64,000 nt of DNA from Actinomycetes bacterium (GTDB lineage: Bacteria; Actinomycetota; Acidimicrobiia; Acidimicrobiales; JAJZXF01), in assembly GCA_021791755.1 (NCBI GenBank), contig JAJYWA010000001.1:5416-69415 (forward strand), in the 5' to 3' direction. The first letter of the stretch is position 1; every line of letters begins with the position of its first letter. The notes under the pieces are model-generated. The model ran no database searches. It was not told the origin of the DNA and saw only the letters and a list, made by a program, of their open reading frames with translations. This document shows, one piece after another, positions 8,375-17,078 of the stretch. Both the position numbers and the translations under genes were made by a program.

Positions 8375-11300
8375 TCACAGCTTGTCGCCGATCGAGAGCT
8401 CTCCCAGCTGCTCGGCGATCGTGATTGGGGCAGGGGCGATGGCAAGCCATGCGATTAGGTGGACGTCGTCGTGGTCGATCTCCGGCAGGAGCTCAGGAGG
8501 CGGGCTCGGCTCCAGACCGAGCTCTGCCACCAGATCGGCAATGCCGCTGACCTGGTCGACCGGAAACTCGGACGAGGCCATGGCGGCACGCACAAGCTTG
8601 AGGATCCGCTCGGGGTATGGGGTCTCGAGGATCTCGACTAGCCGGTCGGCCTCTTCCACCGTCATCTCGGCAGGCCGGTGGTCCCTCACCAGCTCGGCTG
8701 CCCGCTGCATCGTGAGGGGAACGGGGGGAACCAGGTTGGCCGGATCGGCTGCCTTGTTCCAGCTCTCTACGATGTCGTCGAGCGCGTACCGCCACGCATC
8801 GAAGGCTCGCGCGTAGGTACCATCCGAAAGGACCCTCGGCGTGTCGAACCCTTCGGGCGGCCTGGCGGTGTCGAGGCAGGTAAGCGTGTCTGCCGTTACG
8901 GTCGGCGACGCTTCGTCGCTCAGGTCGACATAGCGGAACTGCGGGCGCTCGTAGTCCGCGACCCGGGCGCAGAACACGTAACCCGGACCGCTGCGCCCGG
9001 TCGTCATGCCGCTGCCCGTGCCCCAGGGCAGAGCCCTGATGCGCGCGTCGAGATCGTCGTTCTCGAGCGCTCGGCGCAGCTCCTGGCGGTACTCCTCCCC
9101 GCTCAGCGCCTGGCGTCCCGCGCCCCCTTGCTCGAAGATCCCCGCATCTCCGGCGCGTAGGCGCTCGATCTCCTCACGGGTCTCGGTGAAGACCACGTCC
9201 TCGGTCCTGCTGCCGGGCAGGATCTCGCCACCGATGCCCACCGAAGCGGCGGCCTGCTTGATCTTTCGGTGCAGGCGCTCTTCGAGACCGAGAAGCTCGT
9301 CGAGCTGCGCGTCGGGGAAGATGCAGCGAAGGAACACCTCCCGGTGCGGCGAGCCGATGCGGTCGACGCGTCCGTGGCGCTGGACCAGGCGCATCGGGTT
9401 CCACGGCAGGTCGTAGTTGACGATGTGTCGTGCCTGCTGGAGGTTGACGCCCTCGGCAAGCACATCGGTCGTCACCACGATGTCGTAGCGGTCCTCGTCT
9501 CGCCCGTCGGGCGCGTCGGTCGTTCTCGGGGCAAAGCCCCAGAGCACGTCGTCCTTCGTACCTCTGGAGCCAGAGATCGACGCAATGCGACCCGCATATG
9601 CCGCCAGCCTTGGGTCGGTCCGGGTGACCTCCTTCAAGTGCTCGGTTATCCACTCCACCGTATCGGCGAAGTAGCTGAAGACCAGCGCCTTTCTCTTGTC
9701 TCGGACGTCGTCGTCTCCGATGCCCTCGAGCGACGCTTGGTCTGCGATCGCCGCAAGGTGCTCGCCGAGGACCCGTAGCTTGGGATCATCCTCCCTGCGC
9801 ACCCGCTCAGCCTCCTCCGCGAAGGCGAGGAGAAGGTCCCGATCTCCCCGCACGTCGGCAGTGAGCGCGTCGGTATCGTATGCCGCCGCGTCGTCGAGCA
9901 CGTCGCGATGACTGTCAAGATAGTTGTCGTAGCCGTCGACGTCGTCGGAGTCGGTGGCCGCCCAGTCCGCCAGGGCCGCGCCGGTCGCCACCTTGCCCTT
10001 CTCCAGCAGAGAGAGGAAGGCGTCATGGCTATTGGCCATCTTGCGACACGTGCAGGCAAAGGCGTAGGCGGAGGACTCGAAACGCTTCAGGAGCCCGGAG
10101 CGCAAGAGGCCCGCGAGCTGCACCTCGTAGGCATCGGCAACGCCGTCCAAGCGATAACGCGAGGGCGCGTAGCGCCCCAGGGTGAGCACCTCCGGGTCGC
10201 CGACCGACCCGCCCGGGAGGGGACCGTCGAGCGCGTGAGCAAAGCGCTGGAAGAAGCCGGGCATGCTGTCATCGAGGTCGTAGGCAACCTTGATCACCCG
10301 AGGGGTAGGGAAGGTGATCGACACCTGACGGCCACCGATCTCGAGGCTGTCGCTCGGGTAGTAGCGCTTCACGAACGGCCGAGTCCGCCGTACAGCGACG
10401 GCATCGAGCACGTCGAAGAGGTACTCGGGCGAGAGGTCATCGGGGTTCATCGCCATCGCCGCGGCGAAGTGGTCTCGCAGCGAACGGATGCCCACGTCGG
10501 CGAACGCGCTGTCGCTCTTCAAGAAGTAGCCGAGCAGAAAGTAGAGATCCCAGAGGGAGTTGTTGACTGGCGTGGCGGTGATGAGCACTAGGTCCTTCGG
10601 CGGGGAGCCCGCCAGCAACCTGCGGAGCGCCGCCGCTCGCTGGGTCGTCGGGTTCCGCAGGTTGTGCGCCTCGTCGATGACCACCATCGCGTACTCGATG
10701 GGGTTGAACCGGAAGGCCTGCCTTGACCCCTCCGGGTTGAGCCGTCGGTCGCTGGCGAGCTCCTCGAACGAGCACGTCTCGACGCCGAGCTGGTAGGTGG
10801 CGAGCAGATGGCGCCATGGTCCGTCACGAAGGGTGGCCGGGGCTATGACGAGCACCCGCTGGCGGCGCTCCTCCACTGCGTGACGGATGAGCTCCCCGGC
10901 TAAGAAGGTCTTGCCGAGCCCGACCTCGTCCGCGATAAGCACCCCGTGGCGACCTTCGAGAAGGCGCCGCGCCCGGAAGAGCCCGTCGCGCTGGAACGAC
11001 GTCAGGTGGATACGGGAAGCGCCATCGGCCGCAGCCTCATCGGCCAGCTCGGCGCCGTAGCGCTCGAGGAGCATACGCAGGTAGACGAGCTGGGGTGGGT
11101 GAGCCTCGAAGCGCTCGGCGTAGAGCGCGGCGAGGTCGTAGGCATTGGCCCTCTCCCACAGCTCATCGAACCATTCGAGGACCTGGTGGACCACGTAGGG
11201 CTGGTACTGGCCGAGGTTGAGCTCGACATTGGTGGCGAGACCGGCGTAGGTGAAGTTCGAGCTGCCGGCGATCACGCCTTCTTCGTGGCTGGCGACGATG

Positions 11301-11752
11301 AAAGCCTTACCGTGGAGGAAGCCGTCCTCCAAGCGTCGCACCTCCACCTTCCCCGAATGAAGCCACTCGACGAGGCGCCGGGCGTCGGCGTCGGCTTCCT
11401 TCGTGAAGCCGAGGAGGTCCCGGTCCTCTGCCAGGGTTCGGGCATGGCCTTCGAGCACACGGCGCAGCTCGGCGCGCGCCGCGCGGGCCGGCGACGTGGA
11501 GTCGGCGAGGCAACGGACGGCGCGCTCGGGCACGGTCGGCTCTGCCCCAAGGAGGAGACGGACCTTCGCCACCTGGTCCAGCTCGTCAGCGAGGAGACTG
11601 TAGCCGCCGGGGTTGAAGTAGGCCGTTGCGATCGCGAGCTCCGGCGGATTAGCAAGCGTCTCCCTGAGATGCGCCAGGTGAGCGCAGATGGCATCGGCCA
11701 CCCGCTCGCCAGACCGGTTGGTGGCGAACTCCGGCTTCGCGGAAAGGCTCAC
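8375..11752 (-). CDS. PLD/HKD-nuclease domain fused to an SNF2-family helicase
   Basis: N-terminus: 'LHGKAFIVASHEEGVIAGSSNFTYAGL' (HxK...GSxN; HGK at 11306-11314). SNF2 core: 'LIADEVGLGKT', 'VIDEAHNLRN', 'ITATPVNNS'. Helicase-C: 'VTTDVLAEGVNLQQARHIVNYDLPWNPMRLVQRHGRVDRIGS'. The GTG start at 11752 overlaps the methyltransferase TGA (GTGA, 11749-11752). Confidence 0.9.
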   Translation of the reverse strand: MSLSAKPEFATNRSGERVADAICAHLAHLRETLANPPELAIATAYFNPGGYSLLADELDQVAKVRLLLGAEPTVPERAVRCLADSTSPARAARAELRRVLEGHARTLAEDRDLLGFTKEADADARRLVEWLHSGKVEVRRLEDGFLHGKAFIVASHEEGVIAGSSNFTYAGLATNVELNLGQYQPYVVHQVLEWFDELWERANAYDLAALYAERFEAHPPQLVYLRMLLERYGAELADEAAADGASRIHLTSFQRDGLFRARRLLEGRHGVLIADEVGLGKTFLAGELIRHAVEERRQRVLVIAPATLRDGPWRHLLATYQLGVETCSFEELASDRRLNPEGSRQAFRFNPIEYAMVVIDEAHNLRNPTTQRAAALRRLLAGSPPKDLVLITATPVNNSLWDLYFLLGYFLKSDSAFADVGIRSLRDHFAAAMAMNPDDLSPEYLFDVLDAVAVRRTRPFVKRYYPSDSLEIGGRQVSITFPTPRVIKVAYDLDDSMPGFFQRFAHALDGPLPGGSVGDPEVLTLGRYAPSRYRLDGVADAYEVQLAGLLRSGLLKRFESSAYAFACTCRKMANSHDAFLSLLEKGKVATGAALADWAATDSDDVDGYDNYLDSHRDVLDDAAAYDTDALTADVRGDRDLLLAFAEEAERVRREDDPKLRVLGEHLAAIADQASLEGIGDDDVRDKRKALVFSYFADTVEWITEHLKEVTRTDPRLAAYAGRIASISGSRGTKDDVLWGFAPRTTDAPDGRDEDRYDIVVTTDVLAEGVNLQQARHIVNYDLPWNPMRLVQRHGRVDRIGSPHREVFLRCIFPDAQLDELLGLEERLHRKIKQAAASVGIGGEILPGSRTEDVVFTETREEIERLRAGDAGIFEQGGAGRQALSGEEYRQELRRALENDDLDARIRALPWGTGSGMTTGRSGPGYVFCARVADYERPQFRYVDLSDEASPTVTADTLTCLDTARPPEGFDTPRVLSDGTYARAFDAWRYALDDIVESWNKAADPANLVPPVPLTMQRAAELVRDHRPAEMTVEEADRLVEILETPYPERILKLVRAAMASSEFPVDQVSGIADLVAELGLEPSPPPELLPEIDHDDVHLIAWLAIAPAPITIAEQLGELSIGDKL

Positions 11753-14700
11753 CGCACCTCCTTTGCCAGCCGGCCCATGTATGCAAGTGCAGCCTCGAGC
11801 CGGACCTGGTAACGCCATCCGAAATGGAAGGTCTCGAAGATATGCGTGAGGTCGGTCTCGTCGAGGCCGTAGCAGAGCGCGACAGCAGCGTCGAGCTCGG
11901 CGACGAGGTCCTCCTTCTCGGACGCTTTGACGCTGCCGACCGGCACGCCGACCATTTCTGCCCAGGCGGCATAGCGGCGATCGACCGCGGCGAGCCGACC
12001 GGCGATCTCCTCCACCCGGCGACGCAGCGGGTCCTTCCGGCTGGGGCGGGGGATAGGGAAGGCGTTGAAGAGGTGGAAGTTCACGTGCGTCTCCACCACC
12101 CGGCGCGCGTACCAGTCGAGCGGCGCCGAGCAGAGGACCCCCAAGAGGTAGGCCTGGTCGCGCTCGTCACCCTTCGGCCACAGGAGATAGGGAGCCTGAT
12201 TGGTGATCACGATCTCGGGCGGGACGAGCGCGGCGATGACCGTCCGGCTGTTGGTGCGGTTCGTGACGTCTCGGAAGGCGATACGCGGGTGGAAGCACGG
12301 CAACGTGGTGCGCTCGGCAGCCCAGTCGCGGGGCATCTCGGCGAAGGCGGAGCGCGCGGTGCGATGCTGGCGGAGGCGCTTGTGGTAGAGGACCTCGGCG
12401 ATCTGGTCTGGATCGACCCAGGCGTAGTAGACGCCGGTGTCGGGCTCCCAGATGTTGAAGGAGGCGCCCTTGTAGACCGGCCACATAGAGTCATCGGCGT
12501 CCTCGTCATCGAGAACGAAGTGCTTCTTGTCATTCGTCGCGTTGAAGTCGCCCTGAACGGGCCGACAATACCAAGCACCGGGAGTTCCGATCGACGGATG
12601 TGCTCGCAGCTTCAAGAAGATCCGGAGCGCCTGCTCCGTCGGAATGAGCGGGAACGACGCACCTTCAGACCAGCTCCGCAGGTCTGCTGCGGCGATCTCT
12701 GCAGGTGGATGCGTCAATCCGGCGCGGTAGGCGCCGAGGCTCGCGTAGGGGCCGCGAAGGTGGATGACGCCTGACTGACCGGGGCCTTTGCGGATGACAA
12801 GGAGACCGATGGTGTAGCGGTGCTCGGCATCGTCGAACACCCAACCTCCGCTGTTCAGCAGCATCGTGACGTCCTCGAAGGCGCCGCCGTCAAGAACAGC
12901 CTCGCGCCAGCGCGTCGATCCCGCGCCAGACAGGGCAGTGCGTGGGAGAACGACACCAATCGCGCCACCTTCGCGGACGAGCAGCCAGAAGCGCCAACAG
13001 AACGCCTTGTAGAGATCCGCATTGCCCTCATTCATCTGGGGGAACTGCCCGCACGACAGCAGGGCGCGGAGCTCGTCGGTCGTCGCCACTTCGGCCTCAT
13101 ACTCGCTCACGACGTCAGCTCGCTCCCGCCTCAAGCGAGTGATTTCGCGCTTCCGTGCGCCCGCAGAGAGTGAGCGAATTCCAGGAAACCGCAGTGACCA
13201 GAAGGAGTGCTCGTCGACCATCACCTCCTCCCAGGGCGGATTCCCCACGATAACGTCGAAGCCCGGCCGCTCCCGCAAGAAGACCTCCGGGAACACGACC
13301 GGAAAGTGCACCGACCCAAGCGATGCGACGAGAGCCCGCGCTGCGGCAAGATCCTCGTGGGCCGCGAAGCGCTCCTCGTCGACGCCGTAGGGGAGCGCGG
13401 CCTTTCCAATTCTTGCGGAAACGAGCAGGTCGAAGAGGTCCTTCGCTGGCTGGACCGCGGCCAGCGCCTCGAGGTGCGCCGATCGAGCAGCAGCCACCTC
13501 AATGGTCGTGGTCTCGCTGATAGCGGCCAGGCGCCGTAGCGCCTTCTCCGCCCGGGCGAGGAATTCCATGAGCTGGCCATAGAAGAGCGAGTCATGGCCA
13601 GCCTCGGACCCCGGCTCCAAGACGGCGACCGCCTCGTCTATCGTACCGATGCCGGTCAAGCTGTCGCCTTCGACGAGGTTGTGATCGAGGAACGAGAGCG
13701 GCAGGCCGGGCACGAAGGTGTGGATCCAGACCGCCAGCCGGGCGAGCTCCACTGCGATGCGGTTGCGGTCGACCCCGTAGATGCAGCGCCGGGCCACCTG
13801 CCTGCGGAGCAGGCTGGTCGTCTCGATCTCCACCCCGTCGGCGAGCTCGCCAAGTGCACTGAACGCCGCGGTGCGCAACCGTTCGAGCTCGGCGAGAACA
13901 GTTGGTACCGGGTGCAGTGATAGGAACGCCGAGAGCCTGGCCTCGATGCGGTCGACAGCGGCGACGAGAAAATGACCTGAGCCCATGGCGAGATCCACGC
14001 AGCGAAAGTCGAAGAACCGGTCGGCCGCACTGGCTTCGTCCCCGGCGTCGAACAGGGCCCGGAGCGATGCGATGTGGTCTTCGAGCGCCGCGTCGAGCGC
14101 GTGGTCGAGCAGGTGCTCGACGGCGAAGGGCTTCGTGAAGTAGGAGCCGGTTGCCTTGCGGGCCCCCGATCGGTTGTGGAAGTAAACGTCGCCTGCGTGG
14201 ACGACGACGTTGCTATGTCCAGTGGCTGCAGGGATGAAGTTCCCCTGGGAGTCGAGAGCGAGGTCGTCCGGGGCAACAGACAGGCGCGACTCGAGCAGGC
14301 CCTCGTAGATCGTGCCGAACTCGCGAACCGACAGGCTCCGGAAATCAACTGGCCCAACGACGCCGTCAGGACCGACGTCTACCAGGAGCGCGGTGAGGGC
14401 CGGGCCGAACGCTGCGTCAGACAGCGAGAGCGTGGCGATCGCGGCTCCCGCGGGATTGACCTGCGGGTCGTCGCTGAACAGGCCACCGTCGTAGGGGGGA
14501 ACACCCCACCCGGCGTTGCCAGCTTCGACCGCGTGCCAGAGCGCTCGCACGTCGTCCCACAGGTCCGTCGCCTGGTCGTCGAATGGTGCGGTGTCCTTGG
14601 CTCGCCACGCGGCAAGCCGGCGCGCCAGGCGCTTCAACGAATGGTCGTTGTACCTGCCGTTAGTGCGGTAGGGGAGAAGATCCTTGTCCTCGGCATAGGC

Positions 14701-15810
14701 GATGAAGAGGAGCCGGAACAACACCACGAGGGTCTCCTCGTAGGCGGCGGCGAGCTCCTCCTCGTCGGGGTCGGCCCGATGTGCCCCCCGGGCCACCGCG
14801 GTAGCAAGCTGCGGCACGGCTTCGAAGTAGATGCGGTCGCGCAGCCGCGCCCCGAGTTCGGCGGCGAAGTCTGCGGAACGATCGAGGATCTCCTCGATGG
14901 TCCCTCTGTCTTCCAGCGCTCCGGCGCCGAACAGGAGCGGCACGAACCCCGCGTGGTCTTCGGGGAGGAGCGCCAGGTCTACTTCGACATAGGTGTCGGC
15001 CCGCCCCTTGCGTCCCACACCCACCTCGACCCGGGCCGAGTACAGCCGCACCTGCCGGGACCGCGTCAGCAGCACCCACGGGAGCCCTTCTCGGTCGGCG
15101 AGCGCGAGCGCCTGGGAGACAGGGCTCGTGCCGAACCGTTCCCCAGCGGCATCGAAGGCCTCCCCCTCGTCGAGGAAGATCGCAACGGCGCGCTTGGCAT
15201 CCCCCGCCTTGAGGACCGACGACGTGATCCCGAGAGGCTCCACGCTGAACCCGAGCCGCTCGACGAGCGCCCGACCACGCAGCGTGAGCACTTCCTTGCC
15301 TCGCGCGCAGGCCTGGCGCCAGTCCGATCGCTGAGGCACGCCGTGGCGGAGCTCCTGGGTGGCAAGAAGCCCGCTGTTGCGCAGCCCTGGGAGGTCCGAG
15401 CCCACCTCGGGAAGCATGGCCACGAGCAGCCGCACGGCGGCATGCCGGCTGGGCTCGGCCAGCGCAGCACTCGCCAGGCGCTCCACCTGGGACAGCTCCA
15501 GATCAGCCACGAGCGGCGGGTTCTCGCCGACTACGCCGCAGACGGTGACCCGGACACCGTCGTGGTCCTCGTAGGCGACGACGAGGAGGAGTGGGCTGGG
15601 CCGACGGCCCTGGCGGAGCTTCCAGAGAGCCCTCACGTCGTCGGCCTTCGGGCGGCGCCGGCTGGTGGCCAGCGCGACCTCGAGCGCATGGTCACCCTCG
15701 CCAAAGAATAGCATCTGTGGAGCTATGCCGATCGGGGCCGCGTCGGGCGCCGACCACCGACGAGGTTCGCGATCAGCAAGGAAGTCGTCCGCGATGGTCT
15801 GCGCCCTCAA
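11749..15810 (-). CDS. large Eco57I/PglX-type N6-adenine DNA methyltransferase (type IIG-like architecture) with an uncharacterised ~330-aa N-terminal domain
   Basis: 1353 aa. Motif I is 'CVDLAMGSGHFLVAAV' (about 13968-13997) and motif IV is 'VIVGNPPWEEV' (NPPW at 13231-13242). The C-terminal target-recognition-like region reads 'RIAFRDVTNRTNSRTVIAALVP...LLGVLCSAPLDWYARR'. TTG start at 15810, with 'ggggag' 11 nt upstream and an in-frame TAG just before. Confidence 0.9.
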   Translation of the reverse strand: MRAQTIADDFLADREPRRWSAPDAAPIGIAPQMLFFGEGDHALEVALATSRRRPKADDVRALWKLRQGRRPSPLLLVVAYEDHDGVRVTVCGVVGENPPLVADLELSQVERLASAALAEPSRHAAVRLLVAMLPEVGSDLPGLRNSGLLATQELRHGVPQRSDWRQACARGKEVLTLRGRALVERLGFSVEPLGITSSVLKAGDAKRAVAIFLDEGEAFDAAGERFGTSPVSQALALADREGLPWVLLTRSRQVRLYSARVEVGVGRKGRADTYVEVDLALLPEDHAGFVPLLFGAGALEDRGTIEEILDRSADFAAELGARLRDRIYFEAVPQLATAVARGAHRADPDEEELAAAYEETLVVLFRLLFIAYAEDKDLLPYRTNGRYNDHSLKRLARRLAAWRAKDTAPFDDQATDLWDDVRALWHAVEAGNAGWGVPPYDGGLFSDDPQVNPAGAAIATLSLSDAAFGPALTALLVDVGPDGVVGPVDFRSLSVREFGTIYEGLLESRLSVAPDDLALDSQGNFIPAATGHSNVVVHAGDVYFHNRSGARKATGSYFTKPFAVEHLLDHALDAALEDHIASLRALFDAGDEASAADRFFDFRCVDLAMGSGHFLVAAVDRIEARLSAFLSLHPVPTVLAELERLRTAAFSALGELADGVEIETTSLLRRQVARRCIYGVDRNRIAVELARLAVWIHTFVPGLPLSFLDHNLVEGDSLTGIGTIDEAVAVLEPGSEAGHDSLFYGQLMEFLARAEKALRRLAAISETTTIEVAAARSAHLEALAAVQPAKDLFDLLVSARIGKAALPYGVDEERFAAHEDLAAARALVASLGSVHFPVVFPEVFLRERPGFDVIVGNPPWEEVMVDEHSFWSLRFPGIRSLSAGARKREITRLRRERADVVSEYEAEVATTDELRALLSCGQFPQMNEGNADLYKAFCWRFWLLVREGGAIGVVLPRTALSGAGSTRWREAVLDGGAFEDVTMLLNSGGWVFDDAEHRYTIGLLVIRKGPGQSGVIHLRGPYASLGAYRAGLTHPPAEIAAADLRSWSEGASFPLIPTEQALRIFLKLRAHPSIGTPGAWYCRPVQGDFNATNDKKHFVLDDEDADDSMWPVYKGASFNIWEPDTGVYYAWVDPDQIAEVLYHKRLRQHRTARSAFAEMPRDWAAERTTLPCFHPRIAFRDVTNRTNSRTVIAALVPPEIVITNQAPYLLWPKGDERDQAYLLGVLCSAPLDWYARRVVETHVNFHLFNAFPIPRPSRKDPLRRRVEEIAGRLAAVDRRYAAWAEMVGVPVGSVKASEKEDLVAELDAAVALCYGLDETDLTHIFETFHFGWRYQVRLEAALAYMGRLAKEVR

Positions 15811-16492
15811 CTCGAGCTCGGCTCCCCGAAAATACGACGTGGGCTACAGCGCATTCATTCCAGCGTACAAGACGGGTACGACACGGACGGGGACCACGAA
15901 GCTGCGATGAGCGCATCGCGTAATCCCTCATACCTCGTCGCGTGGCCCACACTGCCGTGCTCGTCCGCAGCGGCGCTCGCTCGCGCCAGGCACGCCGGTG
16001 ACTTACAACGGCGGAACAGGGCTTGCAACAGGACTCCGACCAGCGGAGTGATCTCACTCGACGGGCCTCAGTGTGGTCGTTCCCACGCGCGCACCCCGAT
16101 CGCAGGCGTTGCAGCAGACCTACCCGGCTTCGCCGACGCCGATCTGATCGAGGGGCCCGGAGCTCGACGCAACTTGCGGGCGTAACGTTCAAGGTCATCC
16201 GCGTACAGACGCGTCGTGCGTCCCTTGCGCGTTACCCACTGTCTATTCGCGGACGAGGTGGTGTAAGGCGTCCAGTGGGTTGTCCGGGCTATTGAGCGTG
16301 TTCAACAGTCAGCGTCGGGGACCCAACCGGTCCAGAGCGTCCACCGGCCGCCAGAGGCGAGCCCGTGAGACAAAGAAAGCCTCGGAGGTCTGAGTTGCAC
16401 GCGACGCTGTCGCACACCCGCCGAGCGCGGAGCTAGCGCTGGCGAAGTGAAACAGGCTCTCCTATCCGACGTGGTGGCCGGGCCAACCAGGC

Positions 16493-16885
16493 CTACTCGA
16501 CAATCCGGCGCAGGCCTTGGGCGATCTCGGCGACGGGTTGCCGGCCGGCCGCCAGGCCCATCACGAAGCCGTACACGTCGTCGTTCGACGCGTGAGTTGC
16601 CTCCACGCCGTTGAGCTGCAGGAACACGGCGGTGGCCAGCCACCCGAGGCGCTTGTTGCCATCGACCAGAGGGTGGTTCTTCACAGTGGACTGCAGCAGG
16701 GCCGCCGCCTTGAGCCAGATGTCCGGGTAGGCATCCTCTCCGAAAGCGCTGGAGCTCGGGCGGGCAGCCGCCGACCCGAGCAGACCGAGGTCGCAAACCG
16801 GAGGCGGGTCACCGAGCAGCTGCGCGGCCAGGGCGACGAGGTCTTCGACGTCGAGATACTCGATGCCGCTTTGCTCAGCGGCCAA
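16493..16885 (-). CDS. doc: Fic/Doc-family toxin (death-on-curing)
   Basis: 130 aa. 'NHPLVDGNKRLGWLATAVFLQLNG' matches the Doc variant of the Fic motif (HxFxDGNKR). Confidence 0.9.
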   Translation of the reverse strand: MAAEQSGIEYLDVEDLVALAAQLLGDPPPVCDLGLLGSAAARPSSSAFGEDAYPDIWLKAAALLQSTVKNHPLVDGNKRLGWLATAVFLQLNGVEATHASNDDVYGFVMGLAAGRQPVAEIAQGLRRIVE

Positions 16886-17078
16886 GGCGGTCCAGGGCCT
16901 CGGCGTGGACCTCCATCACACGCTCGGCCGCGTGGCTAACGCGGTCACGATGCTCGGCTCGCGCCACGTAATCCCGGACTGCCTGGCGCGCTGCTTCTTG
17001 CATCGAGATCCCGTCGAGGTCGGCCCTTCGCTGCAGGGCCGCTTGCTCCTCGTTCGTGAGCCTCAGAGTCATCGCCAT
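16875..17078 (-). CDS. ribbon-helix-helix antitoxin of Doc
   Basis: 67 aa. 'MTLRLTNEEQAALQRRADLDGISMQEAARQAVRDYV' is an RHH/CopG-like pattern. It overlaps the doc start by 11 nt. Confidence 0.75.
   Translation of the reverse strand: MAMTLRLTNEEQAALQRRADLDGISMQEAARQAVRDYVARAEHRDRVSHAAERVMEVHAEALDRLGR

Noticed and set aside
14074-15711. 545-aa plus-strand ORF antisense to the methyltransferase gene
   Set aside because: It is completely embedded antisense in a gene with intact methyltransferase motifs, and its composition is that of a high-GC shadow frame. The same reasoning applies to 9908..10591, 10946..11812 and 11824..12774.
6842-15810. Calling the cassette BREX, DISARM or a standard type I/II/III R-M system
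   Set aside because: The window contains no pglZ, brxC/pglY, brxA/B/L, drmA or drmB (DUF1998), and no hsdS/hsdR or res-type gene. Only partial resemblance remains (the methyltransferase plus SNF2, plus the PLD domain), so it is reported as unclassified instead.
15811-16067. Promoter of the four-gene cassette
   Set aside because: No convincing -35/-10 pair or operator palindrome could be identified by eye upstream of the TTG start at 15810. Only a plausible 'ggggag' RBS was seen, so no regulatory feature is reported.
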